DNA of 64,000 nt from Acidobacteriota bacterium (GTDB taxonomy: Bacteria; Acidobacteriota; UBA6911). The notes under the pieces are model-generated. The model did not search any database and was not told the origin of the DNA. It was given only the letters and a program-made list of their open reading frames with translations. This document shows positions 51,031-61,009 of this stretch, one piece after another. The position numbers and the translations under genes are program-made. The stretch lies in assembly GCA_031271905.1 (NCBI GenBank), contig JAISUT010000032.1, positions 13,887-77,886 of the forward strand. The letters run 5' to 3'. The stretch's first letter is position 1, and every line of letters starts with the position of its first letter.

Positions 51031-52448
51031 TTGACATCGACGGCGCGGCCGGCGCGGCGCGCCCCACTGAAACGGATATGGACGACTTCCTCTTGGAACG
51101 GCATCACCCCGAACCCCCGGGTTCGCCCAAGGACCACAGGCATGCGACCGAGCGCGACCGCGACCGCATCCTGCACAGCTCCGCGTTCCGGCGGCTGCAA
51201 GGCAAGACGCAGGTCTTCGGCACCGGGCAGGCCGACTTCTACCGCACGCGCCTGACCCACAGCATCGAGACCTCGCAGATCGCCCGGGCGATCGCCCACA
51301 ACCTGTGCGCGGAGAACCCCGAGCTGGAACGCTGCGTCACGCCGGAGCTGGCGGAGGCCGTGGCGCTGGCGCACGACCTGGGGCACCCCCCGTTCGGGCA
51401 CACCGGGGAGCGGACGCTGGACGAGTGCATGAAGGAGGTGAGCCGGGGGGCGCGCCGCGACGGGGAGGAATGCCTGCGCTTCGAGGGGAACGCCCAGACG
51501 TTCCACATCCTGGTCGCCGCCGAGCCCAAGTCGCCCGCCTACCCCGGGCTGAACCTGACGCGGGCGACGTTGGCGGGGGTGATGAAGTACCCCTTCGAGC
51601 AGGACGTCCACGCCGACAAGTTCATCTTCGCCTCGGACGTCCCCATCGCCCGCTGGACGCTGCGCCGGGGCGGGAGGCTGGCGAAGGCGCGCCCGTCCGG
51701 GGACGCCGCCGGGGGCGGCAAGCCCCGGCCCGCCGCCCAGCCCAAGACCTCCATCGTCTGCCAGATCATGAACTGGGCGGACGACTGCGCCTATTCGATA
51801 CACGACGTGGAGGACGCGCTGCAGGCGCAGTTCCTGCATCCAGGCGACTTCGACCAGGCGCGCTTCGTGCGCCGCGTCTTCGCCCACTACGAGGAGACGC
51901 GCGTCAGCGAGGCGGTGCCGAAGTTGGGCGTCGAGGAGACGCGAGACCGGCTGATGGACTTGAAGCGGCGCATCATGCCCTCGGACGCGGGCGGGGACGA
52001 GCGGGCGCAGCGCAAGGCGGCGCTGCGCGACATCCTGAACAACCTCATCACCTCGGTCGCGCTCAAGCCGCGCAGGGGGGGGGGCCGCGCCGACTTCTCC
52101 TGGCGCCTCGACATCGACCCCGAGTCGCGCATCCTGGCCGTCCTTTGCAAGGCCGTCATCTGGGAGGCGGTCATCACCGACCCGCGCGTCGCCGCCGTGA
52201 ACACCAAGGGGCGGGAGATATTGCGCGACCTGTTCCACCTGTTCATGGAGGAGGCGCTGGAGAAGCGGAGCACGGCGCTGTTCCCCCGCTACTACCGCCC
52301 CGCCGTCGAGGAGAGCCTGGACGGCGGGCGGGACGCCGTGGCGAGGGCGGTCTGCAACTTCCTGGCGCTGATGACCGACATGGACGCCCTGCGCCTGCAC
52401 GACCTCCTGCGCGGCTCAAAGACCTCGTCCATCTTCGACTTCATCTGA
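51031..52448 (+). CDS. dgt: dGTP triphosphohydrolase-like HD-domain protein
   Basis: ILHSSAFRRLQGKTQVF and HSIETSQIAR HD motifs; the true start may be MDDF at 51085. Confidence 0.8.
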
Positions 52449-52478
52449 CCGCGTGACGGGCCGCACCCGTCCGGCGGG

Positions 52479-53261
52479 TCAGTTGATGAATATGGCGAGG
52501 GTCGGGAAGCGCATGACGACGTCCTGCACCCCGTAGCCGCTCACCGAGCTGCCTGCGGCGTAGACGATGCGCAGGTTGGGCATCGTGAGGAAGACGTCGA
52601 TGTCCTGGTCGTAGACGCTGCAACGCATCAGGTTCAGCTCGTTCAGCCGCGCCATCCCCCGCAGCTTCTGCAAGCCCGCGCCCGTGACCTGCGTGTCGGC
52701 GAGCGACAAGACCTCCAGCCCCTTGATGCCGGCGGCGTATTCCAGCGCGTCGTCCTTGACGGGGTTGCCGCTCAGGTTCAGCACCGTCAAGTTGGGCGCC
52801 TTGACGTTCTTCAGCACGGCGGCGCCGACGCCGGTGCGCTGGAGCGAGAGCGCCTCGAGCTTGTCGAGCCTGCCGAGCCATTCCAGCCCGTCGCCCCCCA
52901 AGGCGACGTCGTGGATGTAAAGCCGCTTGAGCGCCGTGCAGTCTTTCAGGTGCGCGACCCCGGCGGGGGTCACCTTGCCGCCGCCGACCTCCAGCCATTC
53001 CAACGCGGGCAATGAAGGCAGGAGCGCCATCGCCTCGTCGGTCAGCTCGCCGTTCACGGCTTCTATCCAGCGCACGGCCCCGGCGGGATCCTTGTGCATC
53101 GGCACGCCCAGCTTCGCCAGCGCGTCCGCGGCGGCGGACTCCTTGGCGGCGGGCGCGGCATGCGTTCCCGCGGTCGCGGACACGTCATCGGCGGCGAGCG
53201 GCGACGCCCCGCACACCGCCACGGCCGTCACGGCCATTAAAAACCTGATGAAAACCCTCAT
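52479..53261 (-). CDS. Secreted leucine-rich-repeat protein
   Basis: Signal peptide; repeated LxxLxLxxT/N segments. Confidence 0.55.
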   Translation of the reverse strand: MRVFIRFLMAVTAVAVCGASPLAADDVSATAGTHAAPAAKESAAADALAKLGVPMHKDPAGAVRWIEAVNGELTDEAMALLPSLPALEWLEVGGGKVTPAGVAHLKDCTALKRLYIHDVALGGDGLEWLGRLDKLEALSLQRTGVGAAVLKNVKAPNLTVLNLSGNPVKDDALEYAAGIKGLEVLSLADTQVTGAGLQKLRGMARLNELNLMRCSVYDQDIDVFLTMPNLRIVYAAGSSVSGYGVQDVVMRFPTLAIFIN

Positions 53262-53288
53262 GGAAGCCTCCTTCGCCCTGTGGGCGCA

Positions 53289-54812
53289 TTATTTCCTGAA
53301 GCGGGAGCAGTCGATGCCGTACTTCTTCACCTTGTAGTTGAGCACGCGCTCGGTCGTGCTCAGTAGGCGCGCGGCGCGGCTGCAGTTGCCCGTCGTGGTC
53401 TTGAGCGCGTCCACGATCAAATCTTTTTCGTAGGACGCCACCGAGTCGCCGAGGGAGACCTTGACGATCGTGCCGGACGCCTCGGCCGTCTGGAGCGTCG
53501 GCGGCAGGTGGTGCCCGTGGATGACGTTGCCGTCGCAGATCAGCACCGCCCGCTCGATGGCGTTCTCCAGCTCGCGCACGTTCCCCGGCCAATGGTAGCT
53601 CATCAGCATGTCGATGGCGGGCGTCGAGATGCGCTTGATGCTCTTGTTGTGCTCGCGCGTGTACTTGTCCAGGAAATAGTCGGTCAGCGCCATGATGTCG
53701 GGCTTGCGCTCGCGCAGGGGGGGGATGAAGATGCTGAAGACGTTGAGGCGGTAATAAAGATCTTCGCGGAACGTCCCCTCGGTGATGGCGTTTTCCAAGT
53801 CCTTGTTGGTCGCCGTGATCAGGCGCGCCTTGATCTTGATGGTCTCCGTGCCGCCCAGGCGCTCGAACTCCCGCTCCTGCAAGACGCGCAGGAGCTTCAC
53901 CTGCGTCGTCAGGTTCAGGTCGCCGATCTCGTCCAGGAAGATCGTCCCCCCCTCGGCCAGCTCGAAGCGCCCCATCTTGCGCGACTGCGCGCCGGTGAAC
54001 GCCCCCTTCTCGTAGCCGAACAGCTCCGACTCGATCAGCGTCTCGGGCAGGGCGGCGCAGCTCACCTTGACGAACGGCTTTTTCGAGCGCGACGAGCTGT
54101 AATGGATGGCGTGCGCGATGAGCTCCTTGCCGGTGCCCGACTCCCCCCGTATGAGCACCGAGGTGTTGGTCCCGGCGACCTGCGCGATCTGCTCGTAGAC
54201 CTGGCGCATCCCGCCGCTGCCGCCGATCATGTTGGAGAAGTCGTAGCGCTCGCGCAGCTCCTCGCGCAGTTGCGTGTTCTCCGCCTGCAGCTTCTTGGTC
54301 TCGGCCTGCACCAGCCGCTCGACGCGCACCGCCTGGCCGATGAACCCGGCGATCACGCGCAGGAACTTGACCGTCTGCTCGTAGTCGCGGTCCTTTTTGA
54401 AGCGCATGTCCACGCCGAGCGCCCCCACGGTCTTGCGCCCCTCCATGATCGGGACGCAGATGTAGCTCAGCTCGTCCTTCAGGTTCTTCCGCTGCACGGC
54501 GCGGTTCAGCAGGAGCGGCTCGCTGCTGGCGCGCGGCACGACTATCGGCTTGCCGCTCTCCACCACGCGCCCCGTTATCCCCTCGCCGATGCGGTACTGG
54601 GCGCGCTGCCCCTCGGGGCTGATGCCGTTGGACGCCTCGATGTGCAGCTCCGAGTCCTCGCGCAAAAGGGTCACGGCGCTGCGCACCATGCCGTGGCGCG
54701 CCTCCAGGATCTCCAACACCCGGTGCAACGAGTGCTTCAGGTTCAACGTCCCCGACAACGCCTGGCTCAGCTCCAAAAGCGTGGTCAACCGTTTGGATTC
54801 CCTGGACTCCAT
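53289..54812 (-). CDS. Sigma-54-dependent transcriptional activator (GAF-AAA+-HTH, NifA/Fis family)
   Basis: Walker A (GESGTGKE); GAFTGA motif; ESELFGYEKGAFTGA; C-terminal HTH; N-terminal GAF. Confidence 0.85.
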   Translation of the reverse strand: MESRESKRLTTLLELSQALSGTLNLKHSLHRVLEILEARHGMVRSAVTLLREDSELHIEASNGISPEGQRAQYRIGEGITGRVVESGKPIVVPRASSEPLLLNRAVQRKNLKDELSYICVPIMEGRKTVGALGVDMRFKKDRDYEQTVKFLRVIAGFIGQAVRVERLVQAETKKLQAENTQLREELRERYDFSNMIGGSGGMRQVYEQIAQVAGTNTSVLIRGESGTGKELIAHAIHYSSSRSKKPFVKVSCAALPETLIESELFGYEKGAFTGAQSRKMGRFELAEGGTIFLDEIGDLNLTTQVKLLRVLQEREFERLGGTETIKIKARLITATNKDLENAITEGTFREDLYYRLNVFSIFIPPLRERKPDIMALTDYFLDKYTREHNKSIKRISTPAIDMLMSYHWPGNVRELENAIERAVLICDGNVIHGHHLPPTLQTAEASGTIVKVSLGDSVASYEKDLIVDALKTTTGNCSRAARLLSTTERVLNYKVKKYGIDCSRFRK

Positions 54813-55042
54813 TACACGTCCCCCCTCCTGCGCGACGAGCCTATTACAAAATTGTCGATGCGACGGACTAGCCTACGGAATTGTTGTCCACAGGTCAAGA
54901 AATTTATTTCACCGGCCGTCCTCGCCCTTGAATTACCGCGCCGGGGCGGTATCTTATGAAACCGTAATTTATGGAAAATCCTGGGACGATTAAAAAAACT
55001 AATGAGGTAAACATGTCGTATCTAGTTGTAAAAAATACAGTT

Positions 55043-56839
55043 ATGTCGAAAATTGCGCCGAAGGCGGCGCGCGCGGCACTGCCGTTGCTGGCGCTCCTGA
55101 CGTCGGCGGCGGCCGTCGCCCAGCACCGGCTGCCCGCGGAGAGCGTGGTGGTGACGGCGAACGCCTCGCCCGTCCCCTTTGAAAACCTGGCGAAGACCGT
55201 GACGGTGCTCGACGGCGAGGACATCGCGGCCCTCCCGGCGCACTCCATCACCGACGTGCTGGCGCAGGCGGCATCGGTCGACCTGGAGTCGCGCGGCCCC
55301 TTCGGGGCGCAGGCCGACATCAAGCTGCGCGGCTCGGCGTATTCGCAGACGCTGGTGCTGATCGACGGGGTGCGGATGAACGACTCCCAGACGGGGCACC
55401 ACAACGCCGACTTCCCCGTCCCCCTGCAAGCCATCGAGCGGATCGAGGTGCTGCTGGGGCCGGGCTCGTCCATCTACGGTGCGGACGCCTTCGGCGGCAT
55501 CATCAACATCATCACCAAGCGAGAGACGGCCGCCACCCAGGCGTCGGTTTCGGGCGGGATGCACGGCTACGTGGCGGGTTCGTTCTCGGCGGGGTTCGGG
55601 AACGGGCGGATCGGCCAGTCGGTCAGCGTCGCGGGCGAGCGCTCGGGCGGATTCATGGAGGACCGCGACTTCCGCAACGTGACGGTCTCCTCGCGCACGA
55701 ACATCGGCGAGGACACGTCCCTCTTCGTGTCGCACGGCAACAAGGAGTTCGGCGCCTACGGCTTCTACGGCCCCTCCCCGTCGCGGGAGTGGACGAACCA
55801 GACGATGCTCTCCTTCGAGCGGAAGCACCGGACGAAGGGGGGCGCGGAGCTTTTCCTCCAAGGCTTCTACCGGACGCACGGCGACCACTTCCTTTACAAC
55901 CAGGACACGCCGGGGGTGAGCGAGAACCGCCACCGGACGCACGCGACGGGGGTGCTGGCGAAGGCGCGCCTCGCCTTGGGCGAGGCGGCGGCGCTCACCT
56001 TCGGCGCGGACTTCGGCGGCGACTGGATTTTCTCGAACAACCTCGGCGACCATGCCTTCGCCCGCCAGAGCGGCTTCGGCGAGCTGCAATGGAACCTGGG
56101 CGGGAAGGCGGCGGTCTACCCGGGCGTCCGCATCGACCGCTACTCCAATTTCGGCACTGCAGTGAGCCCGTCGCTGAGCGGGAGCTGGTGGGCGTCACCG
56201 CGCCTGCGCCTGCGCGCCGCCGTAGGCAAGGCGTTTCGCATCCCCACGTTCCAGGAGCGCTATTACTTCGACCCCAACAACGTGGGGAACCCCGACGTGA
56301 AGCCGGAGAAGGCGTGGTCGGCGGAGGTCGGCGCAGACGTCATCCCCGCCGAAGGCTGGTCGGGCGGCGTCACCGCCTTCACCCGGCGCGAGCGCGACGT
56401 GATCGACTGGATCCGCGTCACGGACGCCGAGAAATGGCGCACCGCCAACATCCACCGGCTCCGCACGGACGGCGTGGAGTTGAGCCTGGAGCGCGCGTTC
56501 GGGGACGAGGCGGCCGTCGGCGCGCGCTACAGCTACATATCGAGCGACGCCGGGGAGGTCTCCTACATCTCCAAATACGTGCTGGACTACGCCCGCCACA
56601 CCGTGGCATCCACCGCGCGCCTCCCGCTCTTTTTGAAGTTGCGCTACAGCCAGACGCTCAGCTACAAGCGGCGCTCGGACGGGCGCTCCTACTGGCTGTG
56701 GGACACCTCGCTGGAACGTCCTTTCCACAAGCTGGTCGTCGGGATCGACTTCGCCAACCTGCTCGACAGCCGATACCAGGAGATACAGGGCGTGGACATG
56801 CCGGGCCGCTGGCTGGCCGTCCGCATCGGCACCCGTTGA
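55043..56839 (+). CDS. TonB-dependent outer-membrane receptor (BtuB/CirA-size)
   Basis: Signal peptide; TonB box-like ESVVVTA; plug and barrel patterns; ~600 aa. Confidence 0.75.
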   Translation: MSKIAPKAARAALPLLALLTSAAAVAQHRLPAESVVVTANASPVPFENLAKTVTVLDGEDIAALPAHSITDVLAQAASVDLESRGPFGAQADIKLRGSAYSQTLVLIDGVRMNDSQTGHHNADFPVPLQAIERIEVLLGPGSSIYGADAFGGIINIITKRETAATQASVSGGMHGYVAGSFSAGFGNGRIGQSVSVAGERSGGFMEDRDFRNVTVSSRTNIGEDTSLFVSHGNKEFGAYGFYGPSPSREWTNQTMLSFERKHRTKGGAELFLQGFYRTHGDHFLYNQDTPGVSENRHRTHATGVLAKARLALGEAAALTFGADFGGDWIFSNNLGDHAFARQSGFGELQWNLGGKAAVYPGVRIDRYSNFGTAVSPSLSGSWWASPRLRLRAAVGKAFRIPTFQERYYFDPNNVGNPDVKPEKAWSAEVGADVIPAEGWSGGVTAFTRRERDVIDWIRVTDAEKWRTANIHRLRTDGVELSLERAFGDEAAVGARYSYISSDAGEVSYISKYVLDYARHTVASTARLPLFLKLRYSQTLSYKRRSDGRSYWLWDTSLERPFHKLVVGIDFANLLDSRYQEIQGVDMPGRWLAVRIGTR

Positions 56840-56971
56840 CCGACCCGAAGCGATGTTCTGCGTCCTTTCCGCAATCATCGCCTCCATCGCCTTCGTCTGA
56901 GAGGGTTTGGAGAGATGGCACCCCAAACGGCGGTTTGGCGGCCAGCGTCGAAAATGACGGGCAGGCGCCGA

Positions 56972-59179
56972 TCAGACGCGGCGGGCGGCACGCACCGAGG
57001 GGATTTCGCCGATGAGTTGCAACGCGCGCTGCATCTGCCCCACGCCGGCGACCTCCAAAGTGAACCGCAACCGCGCCGAGCCTTGGCGGGAGAGCGTGCT
57101 GACGGCGGTGACGTTGATCGACTCGCGCGACATGACCTCGGTGATGTCGCGCAAAAGGCCGGTGCGGTCGGCGCATTCCACCTCGATGTCCACGGCGTAG
57201 GAGCCGTTTTTCGTCCCCTCGCCCCACGTCGCCCCTATGACCCTTTCGGGGTTCAGCCGCGCCATGCCGACGAAGTTAGGGCATTGCACACGGTGGATGG
57301 AGACGCCCTTGCCGCGCGTGACATACCCCTGGATGGGGTCGGGCGGCGCGGGCTTGCAGCACCTGCCGAGCTGCGTCAACAGCTTGTCCATGCCGACGAC
57401 CAGCACGCCGTCGGGTTTTCCGTCCGTCTTGCTCTTGCGCGGCGTAAACGCCTCGGCGGGCGGCGGCGGCGCAGGCTCGCCGCGCAACGCCTGCTGGATG
57501 GCGCCCACCCCCAGCTCCCCGCGCCCGACGGCCAGGAACAGGGCGTCCGCGCCGTCCAGGCCGAGCTTCGCCGCCAGCTCCTCGATGTTGGCATGCGTCG
57601 CCCCCTCGCGCTGCAGCTCCCGCTGCACGGCGGCGCGGCCGTCGGCGGACGTCTGCGCCACGTCCAACGCGACGAAATACTGCTTGACCTTGTTGCGGGC
57701 GCGGGACGTCTTCAAATACCCCAACTGGGGGTTGAGCCAATCGCGCGACGGCCCGCCCTGCTTGGCGGTGACGACCTCCACCGTCTGCCCCGAACGGAGC
57801 GGGGTGTTCAGGGCGATGAGCGCCCCGTCCGCCTTCGCGCCCCGGCAGCGGTGCCCGACCTGCGTGTGGACGTGGTAGGCGAAGTCCACCGGCGTTGAGC
57901 CGCGCGGCAAGTCCACGACCCTCCCCTGCGGCGTCAGGACGTAGACCGTGTCGTCCAGCGCCGCGCGCTTGAACTGCTCGACCCAGTTCGAGGCGTCGGC
58001 GACGTCGTCGCGCCAGGAAAGGAGCTCGCGCAGGAGCGCCACCTTGTCGGCGTAGCCGTCCTTCTTGCCCGCGCCGCCCAACCCCTCTTTGTAGCGCCAG
58101 TGCGCCGCCACGCCCAGCTCCGCGTGCTCGTGCATCTCCCAAGTGCGGATCTGCACCTCCAGCGGCCGCCGGTCGGCGGCGACCACGGCGGTGTGCAGCG
58201 ACTGGTAGAGGTTCCCCTTGGGCTTGGTGATGTAGTCGTCGAACTCCTTCGCTATCGGCGCCCACATCTGGTGCACGATGCCCAAGACGGTGTAGCAGTC
58301 GTGGACGTGCTTGACGATGACGCGGATGGCGCGCAGGTCGTAGACTTCTTCGAGCGGGACCCGCTTGGCGCGCATCTTGCGCCAGATGCTGTAGATGTGC
58401 TTGGGCCGCCCGTAGACCTCCGCCTCGACGCCCGCCTCCGCGCACTTGCCCTTGAGCAGCGCCACGGACTCGGCGACGAAGCGCTCGCGCTCGACGCGCT
58501 TCTCGTCCAGTTGGCGGGCGATCTGCTTGTAGGCGTCCGGGTCGAGGTAGCGGAAGCTCAAGTCCTCGATCTCCCACTTGATCTCCCAGACCCCGAGGCG
58601 GTTGGCGAGGGGCGCGTAGATGTCCAGAGACTCGCGCGCGGTGTCGGCGCGCTCCGGGCCGGGGAGGTTCGCGTAATAGCGCAGGGTCTGCGTCCGGCTG
58701 GCCAGGCGCAGGAGGATGACGCGGATGTCGTCCGAAAGCGCCAGCACCATCTTGCGCAGGACTTCGGGCTGCGTCCGCACCTCGTGCAGGCTCGACGCGG
58801 GGCCGGGGGCGATGAGGCGCAGGCCGTTCAGGCGCTGCAACCCCCGCACCAGGCGCGCCACGTCAGCGCCGAAGTCTTTCTCGATCCGCGCGCCAGCGTC
58901 CTCCGGGCAGAACCCGTGCATCGCGAAAAGGAGGGCGGCGAGGCGGCTCGACGCATCCAGGCGCAGCGCGCCCGTGATCAACGCCATGCCGACGGCATGC
59001 GCGAAGACGTCCTCTCCCGTGGTCAGGCGTCCGCCCGCATAAAGCGGCTCGACCAGTTCCAGCGCGCGCCGGATGCGCGCGCCTTCCTCCGGCGGCAGTC
59101 CGGCGCCGAGCCGTTCCCAGGAAACGGCCTCCGGCGCGTCCGAGTTCAAAGAGTGCGGCACGTAAACCATGTTAGGCAT
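56972..59179 (-). CDS. relA: Bifunctional (p)ppGpp synthetase/hydrolase RelA/SpoT
   Basis: HD, RelA_SpoT, TGS and ACT patterns; 735 aa. Confidence 0.9.
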   Translation of the reverse strand: MPNMVYVPHSLNSDAPEAVSWERLGAGLPPEEGARIRRALELVEPLYAGGRLTTGEDVFAHAVGMALITGALRLDASSRLAALLFAMHGFCPEDAGARIEKDFGADVARLVRGLQRLNGLRLIAPGPASSLHEVRTQPEVLRKMVLALSDDIRVILLRLASRTQTLRYYANLPGPERADTARESLDIYAPLANRLGVWEIKWEIEDLSFRYLDPDAYKQIARQLDEKRVERERFVAESVALLKGKCAEAGVEAEVYGRPKHIYSIWRKMRAKRVPLEEVYDLRAIRVIVKHVHDCYTVLGIVHQMWAPIAKEFDDYITKPKGNLYQSLHTAVVAADRRPLEVQIRTWEMHEHAELGVAAHWRYKEGLGGAGKKDGYADKVALLRELLSWRDDVADASNWVEQFKRAALDDTVYVLTPQGRVVDLPRGSTPVDFAYHVHTQVGHRCRGAKADGALIALNTPLRSGQTVEVVTAKQGGPSRDWLNPQLGYLKTSRARNKVKQYFVALDVAQTSADGRAAVQRELQREGATHANIEELAAKLGLDGADALFLAVGRGELGVGAIQQALRGEPAPPPPAEAFTPRKSKTDGKPDGVLVVGMDKLLTQLGRCCKPAPPDPIQGYVTRGKGVSIHRVQCPNFVGMARLNPERVIGATWGEGTKNGSYAVDIEVECADRTGLLRDITEVMSRESINVTAVSTLSRQGSARLRFTLEVAGVGQMQRALQLIGEIPSVRAARRV

Positions 59180-59224
59180 TCCCGCCTTGTCCAGGGCGTC
59201 AATTTGTTCAAATCGTCCAAAACA

Positions 59225-60643
59225 TCAAAAGTAGATGTCGCGCTTGCCGGCGTCGATCTCGTCCAGCGCCCGCTTCATCCGACCCTTCAACGCCTCGTCG
59301 CCCAAGCCCGCGACCAGCTCCTTGACCAGCTTGCCGCCGCTCGCCTTGGTCGCGGGCGAGGCGAAGTCGTTCAGGTACTCCTCGAAGGTGAAGACCGCGT
59401 TCGGCATGCAGTACTGCTTGATGAGGCCGGGCTTCGCCAAGTCCATGAAGTCGTTGCCGACGCGCCCCATTCGGTAGCAACCGGTGCAGAACGAGGGGAT
59501 GTAGCCCTTGTCCACCACCGAGGCGATGACCTCGTCCAAGCTGCGGTGGTCGCCGAGTGCGAACTGGCTGCCGGTCGCCTCCGCCTCGTCGCCGTAGGCG
59601 CCGGGGTTGACGCGCGAGCCGGCCGAGATCTGGCTGACGCCGTAGTTGTAAAGCTCCGTGCGCATCTGCTCGTTCTCGCGCGTGCTCAGGATGATGCCGG
59701 TGTAGGGCATGGCGATGCGGACGATGGCGATGATCTTCTTGAAGTCGTCGTCGCCGACCGGGTGGGGGACGTGCGACGCCAGCGGCGCGTTCTCCGCCGG
59801 CTCGATGCGCGGGAAGCTCACCGTGTGCGGCCCGCAGCCGAACAGCGCCTCCAGGTGCGCCGCGTGCTCCATGATCGCCAGGGTCTCGAAACGGTAGTCG
59901 GCAAGGCCGAACAGCACGCCCAGCCCGACGTCGTTGACGCCCCCCTCCATCGCGCGGTCCATCACCGTCACGCGATACTCGTAGTCGGCCTTGGGCGTCC
60001 CCTTGGGATGATATTTCTTATACATTTCCGGGTCGTAGGTCTCCTGGAAACAGACGTAGGTGCCGATCTTCTCCGCCTTCAGCCTGGCGAAGTCGGCGAC
60101 CTCCATCGGCGCCAGCTCCAGGTTGATGCGTCGGACGTAATGCCCCCCCTCGCGGACGCGGTAGACGGTGCGGATGGCGTCGCACATGTAGTCGGTGTCG
60201 TTCTGCGCGGTCTCCCCGCAGATCAAAAGGACGCGCTTGTGCCCCTCGCGCAACAGCACGCGCGCCTCGCGCCCGATTTCGTCCATCGTGAGGATCTTGC
60301 GCCGCAGGGAGGTGTTGCTCTTGCGGAAGGCGCAGTAGACGCAGTTGTTGTCGCAGACGTTGCCCGTATAGACGGGCGCGAACAGCACGAGGCGCTTGCC
60401 GTAGATCTCCTCTTTCACATAATGGGCGCAATCCATGATCTTGCGGATCTGCGCCGTGTCCCCGACCGCGAGCAGCGAGGCGACATCGTCGAGGGACAAG
60501 CCCTTCAGCCGGCGGGCGCGGTTGAGTATCTCGTCCAGCCCGCCCTCTGTCGGCGCAGGCCGCTCCAACATGCCGTAGAGCTTGTCGCGGTCGATGAACC
60601 CCTTGCCTTTCTCATGCTGTCGCGCTGTTGCGATCATCTCCAT
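59225..60643 (-). CDS. hydG: [FeFe]-hydrogenase maturase HydG-type radical SAM tyrosine lyase
   Basis: CDNNCVYCAF radical SAM motif; C-terminal CTGC...C with exact CX2CX22C spacing, which is diagnostic of HydG rather than ThiH; start uncertain (60643 or 60571). Confidence 0.75.
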   Translation of the reverse strand: MEMIATARQHEKGKGFIDRDKLYGMLERPAPTEGGLDEILNRARRLKGLSLDDVASLLAVGDTAQIRKIMDCAHYVKEEIYGKRLVLFAPVYTGNVCDNNCVYCAFRKSNTSLRRKILTMDEIGREARVLLREGHKRVLLICGETAQNDTDYMCDAIRTVYRVREGGHYVRRINLELAPMEVADFARLKAEKIGTYVCFQETYDPEMYKKYHPKGTPKADYEYRVTVMDRAMEGGVNDVGLGVLFGLADYRFETLAIMEHAAHLEALFGCGPHTVSFPRIEPAENAPLASHVPHPVGDDDFKKIIAIVRIAMPYTGIILSTRENEQMRTELYNYGVSQISAGSRVNPGAYGDEAEATGSQFALGDHRSLDEVIASVVDKGYIPSFCTGCYRMGRVGNDFMDLAKPGLIKQYCMPNAVFTFEEYLNDFASPATKASGGKLVKELVAGLGDEALKGRMKRALDEIDAGKRDIYF

Positions 60644-60893
60644 CCTCCTTGTAGTTCGTGAGCACCGATTTCACCTGGACCCCCGGCAGGCGGCCGATCT
60701 TCCCGGTCGCGGCGCCGATCTGGTCGGTGGTCCCCTCGACGATGAGCGAGATGACGTTCACCCGCCGGTCGCGCAAAGGCATCCCCTGCCGCCCGAGCAC
60801 GATGTCGCAGTGGGACGAGATGATGGCGTTGAGTTTCGGTATGCTGGCCTTGTCTTGGACGAGTATCGCGATGACGCCGATTCTCTTTTCCAT
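60612..60893 (-). CDS. TM1266-like putative iron-only-hydrogenase system regulator (small ACT/NikR-C-like protein)
   Basis: 93 aa; MEKRIGVIAILVQD...LGRQGMP...VISLIVEGTTDQIGAATGKIG pattern; immediately upstream of hydG. Confidence 0.55.
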   Translation of the reverse strand: MEKRIGVIAILVQDKASIPKLNAIISSHCDIVLGRQGMPLRDRRVNVISLIVEGTTDQIGAATGKIGRLPGVQVKSVLTNYKEDGDDRNSATA

Positions 60894-61009
60894 CAGATCA
60901 CCTCTGGATCAGAAACTGGTTCGGAGTCCTTGAAAAGGATCAATCCGTTTCGCAGACGGATTAATATATAATCCAAAAACAACTTTATGCCAAGGGGGAG
61001 GACGGCGAT

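Noticed and set aside
54813-55042. A cobalamin riboswitch or RpoN -24/-12 promoter upstream of the TonB receptor
   Set aside because: I could not locate a B12 box or a GG-N10-GC element by eye. Left as unsupported.
59225-60643. The radical SAM protein as ThiH (thiamine 2-iminoacetate synthase), given that thiD lies 10 kb away
   Set aside because: The protein is ~100 aa longer than ThiH and carries the C-terminal CX2CX22C auxiliary-cluster motif plus a TM1266-like neighbour, both of which are HydG hallmarks. No thiG/thiS/thiO is adjacent.
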